Below, piece by piece: positions 60,165-64,000 of a stretch of DNA of 64,000 nt. This DNA is from a bacterium. Its GTDB lineage: Bacteria; SAR324; XYD2-FULL-50-16; G965216635. The translations under genes and the position numbers were made by a program. Numbering within the stretch: the first letter of the stretch is position 1; each line of letters starts with the position of its first letter. The stretch lies in assembly GCA_965216635.1 (NCBI GenBank), contig OZ244188.1:256001-320000 (forward strand), in the 5' to 3' direction. Under the pieces are notes generated by a model that saw nothing but the letters and a program-made list of their open reading frames with translations, did not search any database and was not told the origin of the DNA.

Positions 60165-61367
60165 CTAACTCACAGCGTAAGCTTTTTTTTCTTGGATAGG
60201 GAGATGGAGCAAGCCCGCTATAATTGCTAAAGTTATTCCTATTTTCCAGATAGAGTCGTAGCTTTGGAATCTATCATAAACCCAGCCCCCCAACCAGATT
60301 CCGCTAAAACTTCCTAACTGATGTCCTAAAAATACTACTCCATAGAGCAAAGCCATATACCTGCTACCAAACATAGCTACTACCAACCCTGCTGTAGGCG
60401 GAATTGTAGCTAGCCATAAAAGCCCCATAGCAATGCTAAAAAATACTACCGAAAGTAAAGAAATAGGGACAAACAAAAAAAGAGCAATTACGAGTGCACG
60501 AGAAAAATAGATACAGCTCAAAAGGTAGTTTTTCGAAAATTTTCCAGAAAGCATTCCCGAAAGAAAAGAGCCAGCGATATTAAACAAACCAATAAGTGCG
60601 ATGCTCAAAACTCCTACTTGAATATCAAAGCCTTTATCGGTTAAAAAAACAGGCAAATGCACTGTGATAAAAGCTACATGGAAGCCACACACAAAAAAGC
60701 CAGCGATCAATAAAACAAATGGATAGTAGCAAAAAGCCTCTTTGAGCGTTTGGATAATAGATTTATCTTCTGTGCTTGAAAATTGTGCCTCTATTTTTCC
60801 AGAATAGGGTAGTAGTGGTATGGCTAGTAAAGCCATCAGTAAGGCAGAAGCAGAAAGAATATGCAAGGCACTGACCCAACCAAAAACGTCTACAAATGTT
60901 TGAGAAAAAGGCACTACAATAAACTGTCCAAGTGAACCAGCTGCTGTTCCCAAGCCTAAAACTAGAGACCGATTTTTTTCCCCTACGGCTCTTGCCATTG
61001 CTGGTAAAATAATCCCAAAACTTGTTCCTCCAATACCAGCTCCTACCAGTACTGCTGTAAAATAAAGAGGTAAAGGCTCGCTTGCGATGGTAATTAAAGC
61101 CATTCCCGAAGCATACAACACCACAGAACCTACAACTACTCGGACATTACCAAATCTATCTGCCAATCCTCCCCCAAATAATCCAAAAATTCCCCAACAA
61201 AGGCTTTGAATAGCAAAAGAAAACGAAATCACCTCGCGCCCCCACTGGTGAGTTTCACTAATCGGAGCTACAAACAAGCCAAAACTTGTCTGATAACCAC
61301 GAGATAGCAATAATAATAAGCAAGAAGACAACAATACAAACCACAGGGCTTTTTTTTCTGGTTTCAT
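60165..61367 (-). CDS. MFS transporter
   Basis: About 12 hydrophobic segments, GGLADRFG and GFFVCGFHV. Likely start is MKPEKK; the upstream ORF extension is partly MITE sequence. Confidence 0.9.
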   Translation of the reverse strand: MKPEKKALWFVLLSSCLLLLLSRGYQTSFGLFVAPISETHQWGREVISFSFAIQSLCWGIFGLFGGGLADRFGNVRVVVGSVVLYASGMALITIASEPLPLYFTAVLVGAGIGGTSFGIILPAMARAVGEKNRSLVLGLGTAAGSLGQFIVVPFSQTFVDVFGWVSALHILSASALLMALLAIPLLPYSGKIEAQFSSTEDKSIIQTLKEAFCYYPFVLLIAGFFVCGFHVAFITVHLPVFLTDKGFDIQVGVLSIALIGLFNIAGSFLSGMLSGKFSKNYLLSCIYFSRALVIALFLFVPISLLSVVFFSIAMGLLWLATIPPTAGLVVAMFGSRYMALLYGVVFLGHQLGSFSGIWLGGWVYDRFQSYDSIWKIGITLAIIAGLLHLPIQEKKAYAVS

Positions 61368-61440
61368 TTTGTTAGCTGCTTTTGATGGGGAAAGTAGTAA
61401 GGAGATAAGATTTTTGCGAGAAAAAGACCCATAAATTATA

Positions 61441-61710
61441 TAGACCTTTGAATTTGACAAATAGGACAAAACTAGCTGTGACGGCTAGCCAAATGGTTAG
61501 AACAGGTGCAAAAAATTTTTTTAGCTCGCTGGAATATCGTAGTGAAAAACACCACAAAACTTGCATAATTCTCAAAAAGAAATGTAAAAGTGCCAAAAGG
61601 CACTTTTACTATAGCCCTTAAGAGATAGATAGCAGTAAGAGAGTATTTCAAGAGTTAAAAAAAAATTTTAACGCTGCATAGGCTAAACAAAACGCAAATT
61701 CAAAAGTCTA
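61441..61710. mobile_element. MITE, long form
   Basis: TAGACCTTTGAATTTG...CAAATTCAAAAGTCTA, with a GTAAAAGTGCC-AAAA-GGCACTTTTAC hairpin. Confidence 0.85.
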
Positions 61711-61741
61711 TTATATTATGGGCATCAAATCTACTCCCCTA

Positions 61742-62218
61742 TTATTTCATTGCATTAGCAGCGCTTGCCGCACATTTTGCGTCATTGCTTGGGCTACTAC
61801 CTGCTACGCCTACTCCTCCCACTAAAGTTTTACCGCTAAAAACAGGTTCTCCGCCCGGTATTCCTAAAATTCCCGGAAACTGCTTAAAGAACGGTGCTTT
61901 ATTCATTATCTCGTTCACTTTACCTGTAGGCAAAGCCCAAGAAAGAGAAGTATTGGCTTTCAAGCTAGCTCCTTTGTAAGAAGCAGGCAAGGCTCCGTCC
62001 ATTCTAGCAGAGGCAACAACATCTTCCCCTCTGTCTATCACCACAATAGACATACTCCATTTATTTTTTTCAGCCATAGAAAGACAGGCTTGCAATCCTT
62101 TTTGAGATTTCTTATGAGATAAGTAATCTCGGCTTTGTGCAGTAGTAAGACTTACAAAGCTAAACAATAAGACGCAGATGATTCCTGCGACTAAACATTT
62201 TTTAATGTATTTTTTCAT
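61742..62218 (-). CDS. GlcG/HbpS family haem-binding protein, exported
   Basis: Signal peptide, IVVIDRG..RMDGA, KA.TS and GG.P...GGVGVAG...D..CA. Confidence 0.85.
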   Translation of the reverse strand: MKKYIKKCLVAGIICVLLFSFVSLTTAQSRDYLSHKKSQKGLQACLSMAEKNKWSMSIVVIDRGEDVVASARMDGALPASYKGASLKANTSLSWALPTGKVNEIMNKAPFFKQFPGILGIPGGEPVFSGKTLVGGVGVAGSSPSNDAKCAASAANAMK

Positions 62219-62541
62219 TGTACTATATATAGTAGGTTAAAATATAAATAAGAATAAATTCTTATTTTTTGATAATATAAAATCATACAATCAATAATTG
62301 ATTTTGTCAAATTTTAAACGCCGTGTTTTGTTGAAAATCAATATTGTGGAATTCTTGTAACCTATGCAAGAATTTAAAAATTATAGGTGCGGAATAAACT
62401 ACCAGCTCGTTTTACGAAATTCCCTATTATACACAAATTCTGTATTTAATAAAATTTTTATCTAAAAACCCTGTGATGCTATTTGTCTTGCAATTATAAG
62501 GAAAAAATAGTACTTATATTCTGTAAAATACTTAAAAACTG

Positions 62542-64000
62542 ATGAATAGAAAAAATTCTTTCAAAGAAAAAACTACAGAAAAAAACGGTTCGCAGATTAT
62601 CCTTGAAACTCTATTGAAACAAGGAGTCAGCGATGTTTTTGGCTACCCTGGTGGTTGTGTGATTCCTCTTTTTGATGAAATTCTCAATTATCCTAAAATC
62701 AATCTAGTTCTTGTTCGCCACGAACAAGGAGCAGCCCATGCAGCAGAAGGACTAGCTCGCGTGACAGGAAAAGCGGGTGTTGTGATAGTTACTTCAGGTC
62801 CTGGAGCTACGAACTGTGTGACAGGTTTGGCAGATGCAATGTTGGATTCTACACCTCTGGTGATGATTTCAGGTCAAGTCAGAAGAGCAGTTATTGGCAG
62901 CGATGCCTTTCAAGAGACCAATGTTATCGGAGTCACTCGCCCTATTACAAAGCATAATTTTTTGGTAAAAGACATTTTGGATTTGAAATACATTTTAGAA
63001 AAGGCGTTTTATATTGCAGAGACTGGCAGACCAGGACCAGTGGTGATAGATATTCCAGTAGATATACAAAAAGAATTGGTGCAGCCAAAAGACTTAAACT
63101 CTTTTTCTGCGAAAGACATACCGGGCTATAATCCTTTTCCAAAATTAAATCCAAATTCACCAAAACAAGTTTGGCAACTCATTAAAAAAGCGAAAAAACC
63201 TCTGATTTACGCTGGAGGAGGTTTGATTAGCTCTAATGCAAGCGAAGAATTTTTTCAGTTTGTAACCAGCAGCAATATTCCCGTAGCTACTACTATTTTA
63301 GGGCAAGGTATTTTCCCACAAAACCATCCGCTCTGTTTGGGTATGTTGGGTATGCACGGTAATTATACCGCCAATACAGCGATGACACAAACCGATTTAG
63401 TAGTTGCCATAGGGGCTAGGTTTGACGATAGAGTCACAGGCAAGGTAGATGATTTTTTAGCACAGGCAAAAATTATTCATATTGATATAGACCAAAGCAG
63501 TTTAGACAAAATCAAAGAAGTAGATTTAAAAGTACAGTGCGACGCTAAAAATTTTCTCAAAGCCATCAATAAAATTGCAAAACCTTTGCAGTTGAAAGAT
63601 TGGCGAGAGCATCTAAAAAAAATGCAGCAAGATTTTCCATCCCCGAATTATGATAATACCCCAAGCAAAACAGGAAAAATCAGACCAGAATATATTGTAA
63701 AAAAACTATCCGAAATAACAAAAGGCAACGCCTACATAGTCACCGATGTAGGACAACACCAGATGTTCACCTGCCTGCATTATGAATACCGTTACCCCAG
63801 AACACAAATCACTTCTGGAGGTTTAGGAACTATGGGTTTTTGTCTGCCAGCAGCTATGGGGATTGCAATTCAAAAAAAAGATCGCCCCACTATTTCCATC
63901 AATGGAGACGGCGGTTTTCAAATGAATATGCAAGAATTGGCTACAATTCGCACCTACAGCATTCCAGTAAAAATTATGATTTTTAATAACAACAACCTAG
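62542..64000 (+). CDS. ilvB: Acetolactate synthase large subunit, 3'-truncated (not in the ORF track)
   Basis: Manual translation gives FGYPGG, VRHEQGAAHAAEGY, TSGPGATN, TDVGQHQM, SGGLGTMG and GDGGFQMN. Confidence 0.95.
   Translation, partial: MNRKNSFKEKTTEKNGSQIILETLLKQGVSDVFGYPGGCVIPLFDEILNYPKINLVLVRHEQGAAHAAEGLARVTGKAGVVIVTSGPGATNCVTGLADAMLDSTPLVMISGQVRRAVIGSDAFQETNVIGVTRPITKHNFLVKDILDLKYILEKAFYIAETGRPGPVVIDIPVDIQKELVQPKDLNSFSAKDIPGYNPFPKLNPNSPKQVWQLIKKAKKPLIYAGGGLISSNASEEFFQFVTSSNIPVATTILGQGIFPQNHPLCLGMLGMHGNYTANTAMTQTDLVVAIGARFDDRVTGKVDDFLAQAKIIHIDIDQSSLDKIKEVDLKVQCDAKNFLKAINKIAKPLQLKDWREHLKKMQQDFPSPNYDNTPSKTGKIRPEYIVKKLSEITKGNAYIVTDVGQHQMFTCLHYEYRYPRTQITSGGLGTMGFCLPAAMGIAIQKKDRPTISINGDGGFQMNMQELATIRTYSIPVKIMIFNNNNL

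Overview
AT-rich bacterial chromosome segment; I cannot assign the taxon confidently. Housekeeping genes include folB, tRNA-Met, thyA, comM, folC, pcm, apaG, leuS, crcB, rpmF-plsX-fabD-fabG-acpP-fabF-yggS, plsC, folK, moaE, pepA, ftsI and a partial ilvB. There is also a clear homologue of the spirochaete cytoplasmic filament protein CfpA. Three accessory structures stand out. (1) A defence hotspot at 0.9-9.3 kb between comM and folB holds a two-MTase RM system, a DUF262/GmrSD-like gene, a Panacea+YafQ pair and a RelE pair. These modules are separated by chimeric joints, each made of the start of the downstream host gene fused to the end of the upstream host gene at microhomologies, which points to a cassette array built by duplication or circle integration. 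(2) A locus of about 23 kb carries four mosaic, TpsB-less haemagglutinin-like (TpsA) genes with hypervariable 21-aa repeats. Each gene is preceded by a non-coding array of 135-230 bp hairpin units (1, 9, 3 and 12 units) whose hairpin loops occur in both orientations, then a promoter/MITE block, and is followed by a conserved ~200 bp 3' block. (3) A family of modular MITEs (ends TAGAC(C/T)TTTGAATTT, 12 copies) supplies the stop codons of fabD, plsC and ftsI and shares sequence with the array unit. A DarTG1-like toxin-antitoxin pair is also present.
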